Sequence record: MZ475893.1
DNA length: 64,000 nucleotides
Reading direction: 5' to 3' (one strand)
In this document: piece by piece, positions 1 through 9,603 of the stretch
Numbering within the stretch: position 1 is the first letter of the stretch
Layout: every line of letters starts with the position of its first letter
Notes under the pieces: generated by a model
Seen by the model: the letters and a program-made list of their open reading frames with translations, nothing else
Databases searched by the model: none
What the model was told of the DNA's origin: nothing
Translations under genes and position numbers: made by a program

Positions 1-1
1 G

Positions 2-298
2 GCAGGCATTAGCCGTCATCTGGTTAAGCTTGGTAAAGGTGATGTGGCTGCCTACCAAGATCGTTTCTTCTTCGAGCATTCATTCAGTACGCTGAACAAA
101 GAAGACGACGAGACCGATGTGGTCGCTGTGTTGCGCGAAAAGATTGTGGCAGAACTTGCCGTGCGTGACATTGCACTGACCGAAGATTATCAGCCTGTGC
201 TTACCTACAGACCGATGATTCTGCATCCGACAAACGAAGGTGAGTTCGTGTCGATCGTGGTTGGTTTCCCACTTGATGCACCAGTGGTCCTGCCATAA
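2..298 (+). CDS. hypothetical protein, 5'-truncated by window edge
   Basis: Frame is open from position 2 through the TAA at 296-298; the track start at 44 is internal. Confidence 0.7.
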   Translation, partial: AGISRHLVKLGKGDVAAYQDRFFFEHSFSTLNKEDDETDVVAVLREKIVAELAVRDIALTEDYQPVLTYRPMILHPTNEGEFVSIVVGFPLDAPVVLP

Positions 299-301
299 AT
301 T

Positions 302-309
302 CTGTAAAT
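302..309 (+). promoter_or_regulatory. CTGTAAAT putative phage-sigma (middle/late) promoter motif
   Basis: Intergenic copy about 34 nt before ATG 343; same motif precedes about 10 other genes. Confidence 0.55.
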
Positions 310-342
310 GATCTTACTTGGTTAACCTGTAGGATATTTGCG

Positions 343-1002
343 ATGGCGAAGTCAGTGAAAGAACGAAAAGCGGTTACGAAGATCGCTAAAACAAAGAAGG
401 GAAAAATTCCTATTCGCATTATCGAGGACACGCGCCCAATAGTCATTTGCCCCGAGATGGAAGACAAACCTCGTCCGTTTCGTTTTCGCGGTCAGTGCCC
501 GATAACAACCTGCCAGTATTGCACACGCGAAACTGCAACTGGCTGCATGTCGTTAGACCGCAAAGAGTCTTCCGACCGTTCTATCTCTAACCGCGAGATT
601 GCGTACTATAAGCGTAGCCTCTTTCCTGAACTTAAAGAGATGGATCAGAAACAGTTGGACACGACTGTTCGACGGGCACAGACTCGTACCCGTACTGCTA
701 TCTGTCTCAATATGTTTATTGCCTCCGTTGACGATTCTGATTCTGATCGTTCATTTCAGTACGTGAAGGGCAGACACCCATCAGTGGACAATGTGCATAA
801 CTACATGGTTCAAACCTTTACCGATTACAGGCCTTGGATGCTTGCCTATCTTGATGATGAGAAGCGCTTCGAAGAACTGGTCGGTAAGATAGCAAATTCT
901 GAATTTAATTTAGGTACAGCCTTGCGTCTTACGCCTCGTAAGTATCAGGTGTTCTGCAAAGCTCTAAACGACCTTAAACAATCTGGAGAAACCAATGAGT
1001 GA
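343..1002 (+). CDS. hypothetical protein with Cys cluster (CxxxxCxxCx7C)
   Basis: 219 aa ORF, AGGA RBS; basic N-terminus and CPITTCQYC..C possible Zn site. Confidence 0.75.
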   Translation: MAKSVKERKAVTKIAKTKKGKIPIRIIEDTRPIVICPEMEDKPRPFRFRGQCPITTCQYCTRETATGCMSLDRKESSDRSISNREIAYYKRSLFPELKEMDQKQLDTTVRRAQTRTRTAICLNMFIASVDDSDSDRSFQYVKGRHPSVDNVHNYMVQTFTDYRPWMLAYLDDEKRFEELVGKIANSEFNLGTALRLTPRKYQVFCKALNDLKQSGETNE

Positions 1003-2770
1003 TAACTTCATTACTCTTGAGCAATATCGCGCGATGATCGAACGCAACATCCTGACCGAACCCGCGATGTTAGTCAAGAACCAGACTCAGCCACTTGGGC
1101 GAATCATCTTCCAAGCGCTGGGCGACAACATGCAGATGAAGGACATCATTGTTCCTGACTCTCGCAATGCGATTGACCTGACTCAGCAAGCGCCGCTGTC
1201 TAACCTGCTGGCCAGCTCGCAACTCAAGTCGCTGATTCAGCTTCGCCGTCTGGTAATCTTGAATCCGGATGATATGCCTGCACCAGAGCAAGGCATCAAG
1301 AAGCCTACTCTGTCGCAAGAGCCTGTTGCTGGCGCTACCTCGATCGATGGTACTACGATTCCAAACGCGACTGTTATTGTTGAGCAAAACGGTAATGTCT
1401 GGACTGGTACTTCAAACGGTAGCGGTGCTTTCACTGTTGACGTGTCTGGCCTTGCAGAAGGTCCATTCAGCGTAACAGTCACAGCCGACAACTATGCGCC
1501 TTCGCGCTTCACTTACACTGCTGGTCCTCAGCCGTTGCAGCCGTACCCTGAACCTACTATTCATGCAGTCTTCAAAGAGACTCAGGTGACAGGTACTACT
1601 GTGGCTGACGCGAACATCGTCGTCGAATTCGGCGGCAAGTCGTTCACAGGTCAGGCTACTAACGCCGGGGACTTTACCGTACCAACTGACGCGCTGCCAT
1701 TCGATACCATCGTTGTCAAATTTGTCGCCGAAGGTTATCTGGACGCGCAGCGTAGCGTCAACACTTCATCCGTACCAGGCACTGCTACCATCAGCGATCT
1801 CAAGTACCTCGTTACTGAAATCAATGGTACTGCAAGCCCTAACGCTCAAGTCGAAGTGCTGGTGGATGGTCAGTCTAATCAGATCGTTAACGCGAACACC
1901 GACGGCCTGTGGACTGCAACCGTGCAGCCTGTCAAAGGCGATGTGAATATTCGCAGTCTGGAAGTTAGCGGCTACGACGAAGCAACTGCAACCGTTAAGC
2001 CGACCACCAACACCATGGGCGCAATCACTATCGATAACGCAGACCAGTTCGGTGAGAACGAAACTGTCGTTACCGGTACTGTTGCAGGTCTGGATGAGAA
2101 CGCGACCGACGTTGCTGTGACTGTTACTGTTCAGGCTGGCGTGTACGAAGGTACAGTCAATCTGTCCAACGGTACCTTCCGCGTTGAAGGCATCGATGCT
2201 AAAGCGGGTGTGGGTTCAAGTGGTGTCGTTGACATTACTTCGGCCTTCTATGAAGAAGCGTCCGAGTCGTTCACGATTCTGGAAGAGTTCTCTGTGCCGA
2301 CTGTTACACAAGCACAGGACGGTGATACTTCAATCAAGGGTCAGACTTCAGGGTCTACCACTGTGAAGATCACTATGGGAAGTGAAACGAAGCAAGCATC
2401 TGCAACGCCTCAGGGTGATTTTGAAGTTACTGGCTTCACCAACGTTGCGCCTGGTGCACTCACTATCGAGCTGTCTAAGTCAGGCTATCTGACCAAAACT
2501 TCTCAAGTGACGCTGGTCGTTCAGGCGTACGGCATTGCTGATGCAGAACCTAAGGTAGATGATACCACAGTGTCTGGTCATGCAACGCAAGGTTCTACCG
2601 TTACCATTACTCAGGGTAGCGTAACTGGTGATGCACAAGCTGATGCGTCTACTGGTGAGTTCTCTGTAACTCTGTCTGGTCCGCTGACGGCAGGTGAGTT
2701 GCAATTCAAGGTGAGCCATGCTAACTACGTGGATTACACCGAAACTCTTACTGTGGCCGCTTCGGCCTAA
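995..2770 (+). CDS. virion structural protein with tandem bacterial Ig-like domains (Hoc/fibre-like decoration)
   Basis: 591 aa, T/V/G/S-rich with about 6 repeats of a GT...A.V.V...G...A...G.F.V beta-sandwich pattern; high-expression codon bias. Confidence 0.8.
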   Translation: MSDNFITLEQYRAMIERNILTEPAMLVKNQTQPLGRIIFQALGDNMQMKDIIVPDSRNAIDLTQQAPLSNLLASSQLKSLIQLRRLVILNPDDMPAPEQGIKKPTLSQEPVAGATSIDGTTIPNATVIVEQNGNVWTGTSNGSGAFTVDVSGLAEGPFSVTVTADNYAPSRFTYTAGPQPLQPYPEPTIHAVFKETQVTGTTVADANIVVEFGGKSFTGQATNAGDFTVPTDALPFDTIVVKFVAEGYLDAQRSVNTSSVPGTATISDLKYLVTEINGTASPNAQVEVLVDGQSNQIVNANTDGLWTATVQPVKGDVNIRSLEVSGYDEATATVKPTTNTMGAITIDNADQFGENETVVTGTVAGLDENATDVAVTVTVQAGVYEGTVNLSNGTFRVEGIDAKAGVGSSGVVDITSAFYEEASESFTILEEFSVPTVTQAQDGDTSIKGQTSGSTTVKITMGSETKQASATPQGDFEVTGFTNVAPGALTIELSKSGYLTKTSQVTLVVQAYGIADAEPKVDDTTVSGHATQGSTVTITQGSVTGDAQADASTGEFSVTLSGPLTAGELQFKVSHANYVDYTETLTVAASA

Positions 2771-2773
2771 TGA

Positions 2774-2791
2774 AAGGGGCTTCGGCCCCTT
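2774..2791 (+). terminator. UUCG-tetraloop hairpin, putative terminator or processing site
   Basis: aaggggc-ttcg-gcccctt directly after the stop codon. Confidence 0.6.
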
Positions 2792-2817
2792 AATAAAACA
2801 ATTTCTGGAGAAAGACC

Positions 2818-3492
2818 ATGACAACCAAAGCCGCATCTTCAAGCAAAGTAAAGCCGATTACCCTGAACGCATACAACGAACGTTACAAAGACGACTCCGT
2901 TGCTTCGCTTTATGTACTGAACCGTACTGAGCCGCGTGGTAACGTAGCATTCTCTGCTGTCAACGATCTGGGCCAGCCTATTGCCGTAGTAGTTCCAGCT
3001 ACTTTCATTCCAATCGACCTGACCACTCAGGCGACTAAAGAAAGCCTGATGAAATCTACTCACTTCCGTCGTGCATTGAATCAGCGCCAGCTGGTCATTC
3101 TTGACAACGAAAGTGCAGAGAACTTCCTGCGCTCCAACCCTTTGGCTAAAACCGAAATGCGCAACCTGAGTCGCATCGACGGTCTGATTGCCAGCGATTT
3201 GAAAGAGATCGAAGGCTCTGATGATCTGGAAGAAATCGATCTGGGCGGTGGCGGCGGTCGTAAGAAGATTCGCCACTTCGAAGGCGATAACATCTCGTCT
3301 AACCAGTTCGTTAACGCGTTCATCTCTCGCGCCGCAGAAGACAGTCAAGAGTCTGATGAGAACCTTGAGCGTGAATTCCTGAACAAAGGCCTGAGCCTGC
3401 CTGTTGAAGAACTGGAGCTGCTGCGCAAGCACATCACCCGTCCTGCAATCGTTGAGCTGATCGTTCAGGCGCTGGACGAAGCCGAAGCGTAA
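2818..3492 (+). CDS. putative virion/head-associated protein, N-terminal domain paralogous to 995..2770
   Basis: 224 aa, GGAG RBS; shares NxTxPxG..F.A..VP..IDLTxQA..LVIL with the upstream protein. Confidence 0.8.
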   Translation: MTTKAASSSKVKPITLNAYNERYKDDSVASLYVLNRTEPRGNVAFSAVNDLGQPIAVVVPATFIPIDLTTQATKESLMKSTHFRRALNQRQLVILDNESAENFLRSNPLAKTEMRNLSRIDGLIASDLKEIEGSDDLEEIDLGGGGGRKKIRHFEGDNISSNQFVNAFISRAAEDSQESDENLEREFLNKGLSLPVEELELLRKHITRPAIVELIVQALDEAEA

Positions 3493-3517
3493 TCGTTCAA
3501 AAAGCATTTAGACAAAA

Positions 3518-3553
3518 AAAAATGGGAGGCCCCGAAAGGAGTCTCCCATTTTT
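3518..3553. terminator. bidirectional intrinsic terminator
   Basis: aaaaatgggag...ctcccattttt between convergent genes. Confidence 0.85.
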
Positions 3554-3657
3554 GTTACAGCAACTTATTTTTCTGCTCTGCTCTAATAGCACGTTCTATG
3601 CGCGTATTGCCTAGATAACGAAAGTAACTAAGACGAATAGAAGTCTGGTGCTCACGT

Positions 3658-4764
3658 TCACGTAGATCTGCGAGCGTGTGACTTTTGAACCTTCTTCTTG
3701 GCTTTAGCGCCATCTTTCTTTTCCTCTTTTATCGGACGTGCCCAACCCAACTCTTTAGCAGGAACAAAACAGTTCTTGCCGTGAATCTCTCGGAGAAGTT
3801 CTTTGACTTCCTTGATGATCTGCATACTTGCATTATCAGGGTCGAGCTTAATCAGCTTGCCGTCTTCATCGAACTCACGAGGTAATTTGAAATGCTTAAC
3901 TTGCAGTGGTGAGTTACGATCAAACTCTGCTTTTATTTTGTTGCGGAGCATCTTACCTGCTGCATCGTTATCTGTCATCGTGTAGACAACGCTGATGCCT
4001 AACATCTCAATCGTTCTGCGTTTCGTTTCACCGAACTGCTCTGCGCCCAACACAGCGACTGCTGGAATGCCATACGACAATAGCGCAAGCGCATCACGAG
4101 GACCTTCAACGATCACAATATACTTGAGCTTGTATTTCTTCAAACACTCTTTCGCTAACTGTAACGGGAACAGGCCTTTATCCTTTGCCCAATCACCTTG
4201 CGAGTTTACATAGCTGGTGCCGTTCATCTGCTTTCTCAGATACGCAGCGATACCACCTATGTACTTTGTACCATGCTTACACGGAAAGAAACAAATGCTT
4301 GTGCCTGTGCGCTGTGCATTCAACAAACCACCCGCAGCACGAACAAGCGCTCCAGGATATCCGCGCCATTCTTCATCGAGTGGCCAATCAAGATAGCTGT
4401 TACGTCCGAGCGCTTTCATCAACAGACCAACTGACGGGTAAGTACCAATCTTCTGACCTATCTGCTCATACGTTCTGAGCAACGCGCTTAACGAGTTCGT
4501 GCCAGCATCTTTAATCGCCCAGCCTTTGATCTCTTGGAGCTTCGCGTGCTGCGCTAACTTGTTCCAGCCGCCTTTCTCTCCGCAACCAAAACAGTGGAAG
4601 AAACCTAGCGGTATCTCCATGCCCACAGAAGTGTAAATACCACAACTAGGAGTTTTATCACTGTGGAAGGGACAACACACCATGATAGTGTCGCCGTTAT
4701 ATTTCTTATCGCCGGGTATCTTGCCTATTTCATCAAGAATTATCTGATGGACATCTTCTGCCAT
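3658..4764 (-). CDS. dnaG: DNA primase (CHC2 zinc finger + TOPRIM)
   Basis: CCPFHSDKTPS...FHCFGC zinc-binding domain; IVEGPRD and TDNDAAG TOPRIM motifs; start moved to ATG 4764 (GAGGA RBS). Confidence 0.92.
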   Translation of the reverse strand: MAEDVHQIILDEIGKIPGDKKYNGDTIMVCCPFHSDKTPSCGIYTSVGMEIPLGFFHCFGCGEKGGWNKLAQHAKLQEIKGWAIKDAGTNSLSALLRTYEQIGQKIGTYPSVGLLMKALGRNSYLDWPLDEEWRGYPGALVRAAGGLLNAQRTGTSICFFPCKHGTKYIGGIAAYLRKQMNGTSYVNSQGDWAKDKGLFPLQLAKECLKKYKLKYIVIVEGPRDALALLSYGIPAVAVLGAEQFGETKRRTIEMLGISVVYTMTDNDAAGKMLRNKIKAEFDRNSPLQVKHFKLPREFDEDGKLIKLDPDNASMQIIKEVKELLREIHGKNCFVPAKELGWARPIKEEKKDGAKAKKKVQKSHARRST

Positions 4765-4804
4765 ACCATCCTCTACTTGCTTCGTAATTTGAGCATATAC
4801 GCAC

Positions 4805-4812
4805 ATTTACAG
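4805..4812 (-). promoter_or_regulatory. CTGTAAAT motif upstream of primase
   Basis: Reverse-strand copy about 40 nt before the primase ATG. Confidence 0.55.
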
Positions 4813-4826
4813 TTTCTGGAGCTATC

Positions 4827-5162
4827 ATGAGCAATCAGCATCGCTACGTTGCATCTGCGCAGCGCCGCTTCTATTCGAAGAACTGGTTGGAGTTTTGTGA
4901 TCTTATTCGAGTAGAGCCGCAGAAGATTGGCGCTTTCAACAAACAGGGTGATTTGATTGGTCTCCAGTTGCCTGTTGATTTTGACTATACGACTGCAACA
5001 AAAAGCCTGCGCCTGATGTACGCTGTCAAGGAAGAAGGTGTCGATATGCGCTGCTACCTGTTTGGTGCTCGCTACTACAAGTTCGTTTTCTTTGAAAAAA
5101 CAATTGCCGTAAGCGAGGAAGAATATGAGATCGTTAGCCAACGTTCCAGCGCGAGTCAATGA
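4827..5162 (+). CDS. hypothetical protein
   Basis: 111 aa ORF with GGAG RBS, divergent from primase. Confidence 0.75.
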   Translation: MSNQHRYVASAQRRFYSKNWLEFCDLIRVEPQKIGAFNKQGDLIGLQLPVDFDYTTATKSLRLMYAVKEEGVDMRCYLFGARYYKFVFFEKTIAVSEEEYEIVSQRSSASQ

Positions 5163-6210
5163 CACACGGAAGCTGTCACGCATCGGTAAGATGATCGACG
5201 CTGCACTTGACGTTAAGATTCAAGAGAAGCGTTGGCCAAAGAAGCGTGTTAGTCCATCAATGTTCCCTATCTGCCCGATTCAGGAAACTGCCAAGCTTAT
5301 CTATCAGAAACACAACAATGCAATGACGGGTGAGTCTGGTACGCTGCTGAACATCTTTGCGAAAGCAGGTACGGGGATGCACGAAGCGATTCAGAATGCT
5401 CTGGGTCATAGTGGTCAGATGGTAGGCCACTGGAAGTGTACCAACGAAAAGTGTGAGGAGTACCCGAAGACTAAAGGCAAGATGGTCGATGGCAAATACA
5501 AGAAGGGCAAGTACACGCGCACTAAAAGCACGAATAACCGCTGCCCTTGTTGCGATCAGCCAATGGCTTATGCTGAACTAAAGGTGCTGTACAAAACTCT
5601 CAAGGGATATGTCGATGGACTTGTCGATAACCTTGACGGCACGTACAGCCTGATCGATTTGAAGTCAACGATGATCACGAAAGCACAGGACGGCACGTTC
5701 TTTGTCAAGTACCATCGCTTCCAGATTGCAACCTATGCCTATCTGCTCAAGAAGCGCTATGGCTATAACATCGTTGACTACACTCTGGTCTATGTTCCAC
5801 GCGACAACCCTAAGAAGTTTGTCGAGAAGACCTTTGTGTTTGACGAAGAAGAAGCAAAACGCGCCAAAGACTTTATGATGGTGCAGATACGCGCTTGGGA
5901 TGCTGCGGTAAAATCGGCTGCTACTGGCGACCTGATGCCTGCTATCAAACGCAAGCCATGCAAGAGCGCCGAGTATTATTGGGATGAGTTTCACGGCTAC
6001 GACACTTGTCCGTTTGTAGATCATTGCTTTATTCAATCACACATGATCGACTTCATGAAGAAGTTAGAACAACGAATCATGGCTAACCCCGAACTGACGT
6101 ACACGGAAATCATTACGACAGGTCGGAAAACTCAACAACAAGGATTGCTGCCAGACAAGAAACCGAAGTCAGGTCGTCCGAAGCATATCGTAAAAACATT
6201 TGAGCTATGA
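5125..6210 (+). CDS. Cas4-like PD-(D/E)XK exonuclease
   Basis: SPS..ICP, GTGMHE, GYVDG...LIDLKS, QIATY motifs; C-terminal C..C.....C Fe-S-type ligands; internal CxxxxC/CxCC zinc ribbon. Confidence 0.85.
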   Translation: MRSLANVPARVNDTRKLSRIGKMIDAALDVKIQEKRWPKKRVSPSMFPICPIQETAKLIYQKHNNAMTGESGTLLNIFAKAGTGMHEAIQNALGHSGQMVGHWKCTNEKCEEYPKTKGKMVDGKYKKGKYTRTKSTNNRCPCCDQPMAYAELKVLYKTLKGYVDGLVDNLDGTYSLIDLKSTMITKAQDGTFFVKYHRFQIATYAYLLKKRYGYNIVDYTLVYVPRDNPKKFVEKTFVFDEEEAKRAKDFMMVQIRAWDAAVKSAATGDLMPAIKRKPCKSAEYYWDEFHGYDTCPFVDHCFIQSHMIDFMKKLEQRIMANPELTYTEIITTGRKTQQQGLLPDKKPKSGRPKHIVKTFEL

Positions 6211-6617
6211 GCATCGAAAGAGACTATGAACGTTCTGCGCGAAGACTTAAGGAGTCTGTCCGGCGCATGGAACAACTCGGTTACGTTGTTCCCCACTGCG
6301 TTGTTTTAGTTCTGTCCAAGCTGCGGCCGCCCAAAGAGGTGGTGTCGAGAAAGTACCTCGTTATTCTGATGTTGTTCAGTCAGACGTGTGAAACGCTGGG
6401 TGCTGCCTTGACTATGCGTGAGCAGCTTGTGGTTAAACTGACTATCTTAGGCCGTAAGCATCCAACGCCAGAGATTACGCGCAAGCAACAGCGCATCGAT
6501 CAGCTGGTAATATCGCAAGACAAGATCATTGAGAGCAACCTCGACCTGCTTGCGTATCGTTCGGAGATACTGCTGGCAATTCTCAGTGGCGAAGATCCAA
6601 AATCACGATACATTTGA
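6207..6617 (+). CDS. hypothetical protein
   Basis: 136 aa, ATGA overlap with upstream stop. Confidence 0.75.
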   Translation: MSIERDYERSARRLKESVRRMEQLGYVVPHCVVLVLSKLRPPKEVVSRKYLVILMLFSQTCETLGAALTMREQLVVKLTILGRKHPTPEITRKQQRIDQLVISQDKIIESNLDLLAYRSEILLAILSGEDPKSRYI

Positions 6618-6625
6618 GGTAATAT

Positions 6626-7090
6626 ATGACCATCGTTTATATCAGCCTGAGTCAAACGTCTTCGGATAAGAACCGAGACCGTGTCTCAAGCCCTGAGTCA
6701 AACACTGGACGTGTTGACGTGTCTGAATACGCTTCTCTTGAGAAGAAATTGCGCCTCACAGAAGAGGCCAAGGACAAAGAGAAACTTGCACAGAAAGCTG
6801 GTGGCGGGGATTCTGTAAAGAATAAGAAAGCCAAGCCTAAAGCAGATGATGCAGGAGGAGATGATGATGCCAAGGATGATGACGCAAGTTTCGACGACTT
6901 CGATACTGGAGATGACGACGATGATGCAGATTCCGACGCTTCAAAAGGAAAGAAATCTAACAAAGCCAAGGGCGGCAAAGACAAGTCAGAAGAAACTGAC
7001 GGCGGAGAACCCTCAAGTGAAGATGGGGATGATTCTGCTGAAGGAGATGATGACGGCTCCGACGACGACTTTGAAGACGAAGACGCCTGA
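6626..7090 (+). CDS. acidic low-complexity protein with N-terminal ISLS motif
   Basis: 154 aa, GAGG RBS; D/G/K-rich disordered C-terminus. Confidence 0.8.
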   Translation: MTIVYISLSQTSSDKNRDRVSSPESNTGRVDVSEYASLEKKLRLTEEAKDKEKLAQKAGGGDSVKNKKAKPKADDAGGDDDAKDDDASFDDFDTGDDDDDADSDASKGKKSNKAKGGKDKSEETDGGEPSSEDGDDSAEGDDDGSDDDFEDEDA

Positions 7091-7106
7091 GGAAGCATAC
7101 GAAGAA

Positions 7107-7565
7107 ATGCGTGACATACTGATCGCTATTCAGTATATGTGTGTCAAGCGCATGGTCTTCCCGATTGTCACTGCCCGCATTGAGCAGAAGAATGGTTTCT
7201 TGGTAATGCACGCCATGCGTTTCAATGTCAGTCCCAAGAAATTCTTCGAAGCCATTCATGAGCGCAACGGTCAGATCAATTGTGTCTGGCTGCTGCGTGC
7301 CTTTACTCGTACTGCAATCAGTTATGGCCTCAAGCCTGTGATCGTCGAGAAGCTGAATGAGTACCAAGCGTTCAGCTCTCGTTTCTTTGATCACTCGGAT
7401 GTAGACCTGACGTATCGTCGTCAGTACGATTACCGTGAACTGGCAATTCTGGCAGAGCATCCCAAACCTCGAATTTATACGCTGAATGGAGTTGATTACG
7501 ATGGCGTACAAATCCCAAGCAAAGAAACCCAAGAAGTCGAAAGCCGCGAAAGAAGCGGAAGTTAG
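7107..7565 (+). CDS. hypothetical protein (start uncertain)
   Basis: Globular-looking 3' part of the 6846..7565 ORF; the 5' part is an off-frame shadow of the acidic repeat. Confidence 0.65.
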   Translation: MRDILIAIQYMCVKRMVFPIVTARIEQKNGFLVMHAMRFNVSPKKFFEAIHERNGQINCVWLLRAFTRTAISYGLKPVIVEKLNEYQAFSSRFFDHSDVDLTYRRQYDYRELAILAEHPKPRIYTLNGVDYDGVQIPSKETQEVESRERSGS

Positions 7566-8157
7566 ACAGAAAGCGCACAAGCAAGCGCGTTCGGGTAAGC
7601 TCGGTAAAGCAGTAAAAACAATGAGTGCGGCGTCCGCAAAAAGTCGTCGTATGACCAAAGGCGAGAAGCGTGCTGTAATGCTTACGCCGTTCAAAGCACA
7701 GGTTGTTCCCCAGCCTCCTAAAACTCCTCTGATGGATAAAGGTCTGTCGCTGAATGCTCTCATCAAGTCAACCCCACGACTGATGAAAGAGAATGCGATG
7801 GAGTGTTATGTGAACTCAGTCAAGCGTGGCAAGACACCGAAAGGTTTGCCTTTCATTCAAGCCAACGTTAGACATAAAGACCCACTGCGTCCTAACAAGA
7901 CCGTGCGTATTCATAAGCCGATGATTGTTGGACTTGATTATCCTTACAAGCCGATTTCAAAGCAGAAGCGCGTGCTGGTCAGTTGTCCGTGTGAGAACTT
8001 TGTGTTCATGTGGGAATACGCTGATGCCGAACACGGCGCTGCGCGTATCATCTACGGTAACGGCGAACCGCCTGACTTCACTAACCCCGGTCGTGCTCCA
8101 GGTCTGTGCAAACACCTGATGGCTTTAGCTGATCAAGTAAAACTGCACGGAGACTAA
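7501..8157 (+). CDS. SWIM-type zinc finger protein with basic N-terminus
   Basis: VSCPC...F...GLCKHLMAL (CxC-xn-CxH); GGAG RBS before ATG 7501. Confidence 0.75.
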   Translation: MAYKSQAKKPKKSKAAKEAEVRQKAHKQARSGKLGKAVKTMSAASAKSRRMTKGEKRAVMLTPFKAQVVPQPPKTPLMDKGLSLNALIKSTPRLMKENAMECYVNSVKRGKTPKGLPFIQANVRHKDPLRPNKTVRIHKPMIVGLDYPYKPISKQKRVLVSCPCENFVFMWEYADAEHGAARIIYGNGEPPDFTNPGRAPGLCKHLMALADQVKLHGD

Positions 8158-8159
8158 GT

Positions 8160-8693
8160 TTGGATATTTTCACCTCTGATACCCACTACGCATCACAGCG
8201 AACTCTGGAGTTTAGTCGTCGTCCATTTGCGAACGTATCTGAAATGGATAGAACAATGCTGGACCGTTGCAATGCTGTAGCAACGCGTGAAGACACGCTA
8301 TACCATGTTGGCGACTTCGGTGCTTACGAAATGGTGAAGTACATCAATGCGCCTGTCATTCTGATTTGCGGTAACTACGAAATCAATGACATGCACAAAC
8401 AGTTCAACTCGGACTTTGATGCGTTTCGTGATCACCTACGTCGTCTGGGATTCAAAGACGTTATCCGTGATAGTATGGAAGTTGGGGACATGCACCTCAA
8501 TCATTATCCTACTAAACGTAGCCGAACGAAATTCAGCCTGTTCGGTCACATTCACGGTTTGCAGATGGTCAAACGCGGAGCACTAAATGTCGGCGTTGAC
8601 TGTCACCACTATGCGCCAGTAGATGCTGGTCGCCTTGCGTTCTTCCGTAACTTTATCGAGAACCATTACGACGAAGACGTGTTCGGACCTTAA
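8160..8693 (+). CDS. calcineurin-like metallophosphoesterase
   Basis: SDTHY, HVGDF, GNYE, HLNHYP, FGHIH and NVGVD motifs. Confidence 0.9.
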   Translation: MDIFTSDTHYASQRTLEFSRRPFANVSEMDRTMLDRCNAVATREDTLYHVGDFGAYEMVKYINAPVILICGNYEINDMHKQFNSDFDAFRDHLRRLGFKDVIRDSMEVGDMHLNHYPTKRSRTKFSLFGHIHGLQMVKRGALNVGVDCHHYAPVDAGRLAFFRNFIENHYDEDVFGP

Positions 8694-8707
8694 CGGAGAG
8701 TAATACC

Positions 8708-8977
8708 ATGTTCTTTAAAAATCCTGTTGGCGGTATCATCCCCAACTTCCCTATTCCACATACAATCGTTGATATGGAGCGCAGAGTATCAGAGCTGTAC
8801 GGCGAGTTACGCGCTGCTGGCTGCAAAGTCGTTCAGGAGCTCGACTGCCTGTACATCGAAGTTCCGCACGGCGTTAATGTTGACCCGATCATGAAGCGTC
8901 ATGAGGAGATGTTCACCAGCATCACTTCAAAGCCCGGTCGTCTGAGGCTAGGAGATGAAGATGAAGAAGAAATTTAA
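8708..8977 (+). CDS. hypothetical protein
   Basis: 89 aa, GGAG RBS. Confidence 0.75.
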   Translation: MFFKNPVGGIIPNFPIPHTIVDMERRVSELYGELRAAGCKVVQELDCLYIEVPHGVNVDPIMKRHEEMFTSITSKPGRLRLGDEDEEEI

Positions 8978-9383
8978 TCCTGATACTCACAGCGTATCTC
9001 TCCACTTCGGTCCGCATATCGTTCACGGTCATGCGCAGGAGACAGCGTTCGGTGAGGTGATGCAGTCAATGCTACTGCGTGAAATCAGTCGCAGTGCTCA
9101 TGAGTCATTTAGTAGCCTTGCTGTTGCCGAGCCTGCTCCTACCTTCGAGATTAAGGAGCAAGACGGCAGTTCTATCATTCGTGCTATTGAGCAATGGCGC
9201 CAGATGCTTGCTGATGCTCCTCAGCCCGAAGAGTTTACGCCGTGCAGTATCCCTGATTGGATGCGTCCTAGTTTGCGTGAGAGCGGCATGACTGACGCGC
9301 AGATTGATAGCATTCTGATCACAGGCGTCGAACCTAATCTAGGCGATGCGCCTGGCGTGACATTCAGGACAGTAACCATCTAA
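8955..9383 (+). CDS. hypothetical protein
   Basis: 142 aa, AGGAG RBS, operonic overlap. Confidence 0.75.
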   Translation: MKMKKKFNPDTHSVSLHFGPHIVHGHAQETAFGEVMQSMLLREISRSAHESFSSLAVAEPAPTFEIKEQDGSSIIRAIEQWRQMLADAPQPEEFTPCSIPDWMRPSLRESGMTDAQIDSILITGVEPNLGDAPGVTFRTVTI

Positions 9384-9595
9384 TGGCTTGTGCTGGATGT
9401 GGCCGCCGTAGTTCGAAAATAAGCTACGGCCGTTCTTCTGCTCCTCCGACTGTTGTCGAAGAGGACGATACTCTCAGTGCAGCAAAGTTAACACCTCAAG
9501 GTTGGGTAAGCACTTGTGTTGTGTGCGGCGCTCAATCAACTCCGTCACCATTTGCAGACACGATTCAGAAAACGTGTGACTGCAAACCTCAATGA
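9383..9595 (+). CDS. small Cys-rich putative zinc-binding protein
   Basis: CAGC, CVVC and CDC in 70 aa; TAATG coupling. Confidence 0.7.
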   Translation: MACAGCGRRSSKISYGRSSAPPTVVEEDDTLSAAKLTPQGWVSTCVVCGAQSTPSPFADTIQKTCDCKPQ

Positions 9596-9603
9596 GATAA
9601 GTT

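Noticed and set aside
4765-4806. Primase start at ATG 4806 given by the track
   Set aside because: It overlaps the CTGTAAAT motif and lacks an RBS; ATG 4764 has GAGGA.
6846-7106. 5' extension of the 6846..7565 ORF (M/T-rich)
   Set aside because: Off-frame shadow of the GAT/GAC repeats of the 6626 gene.
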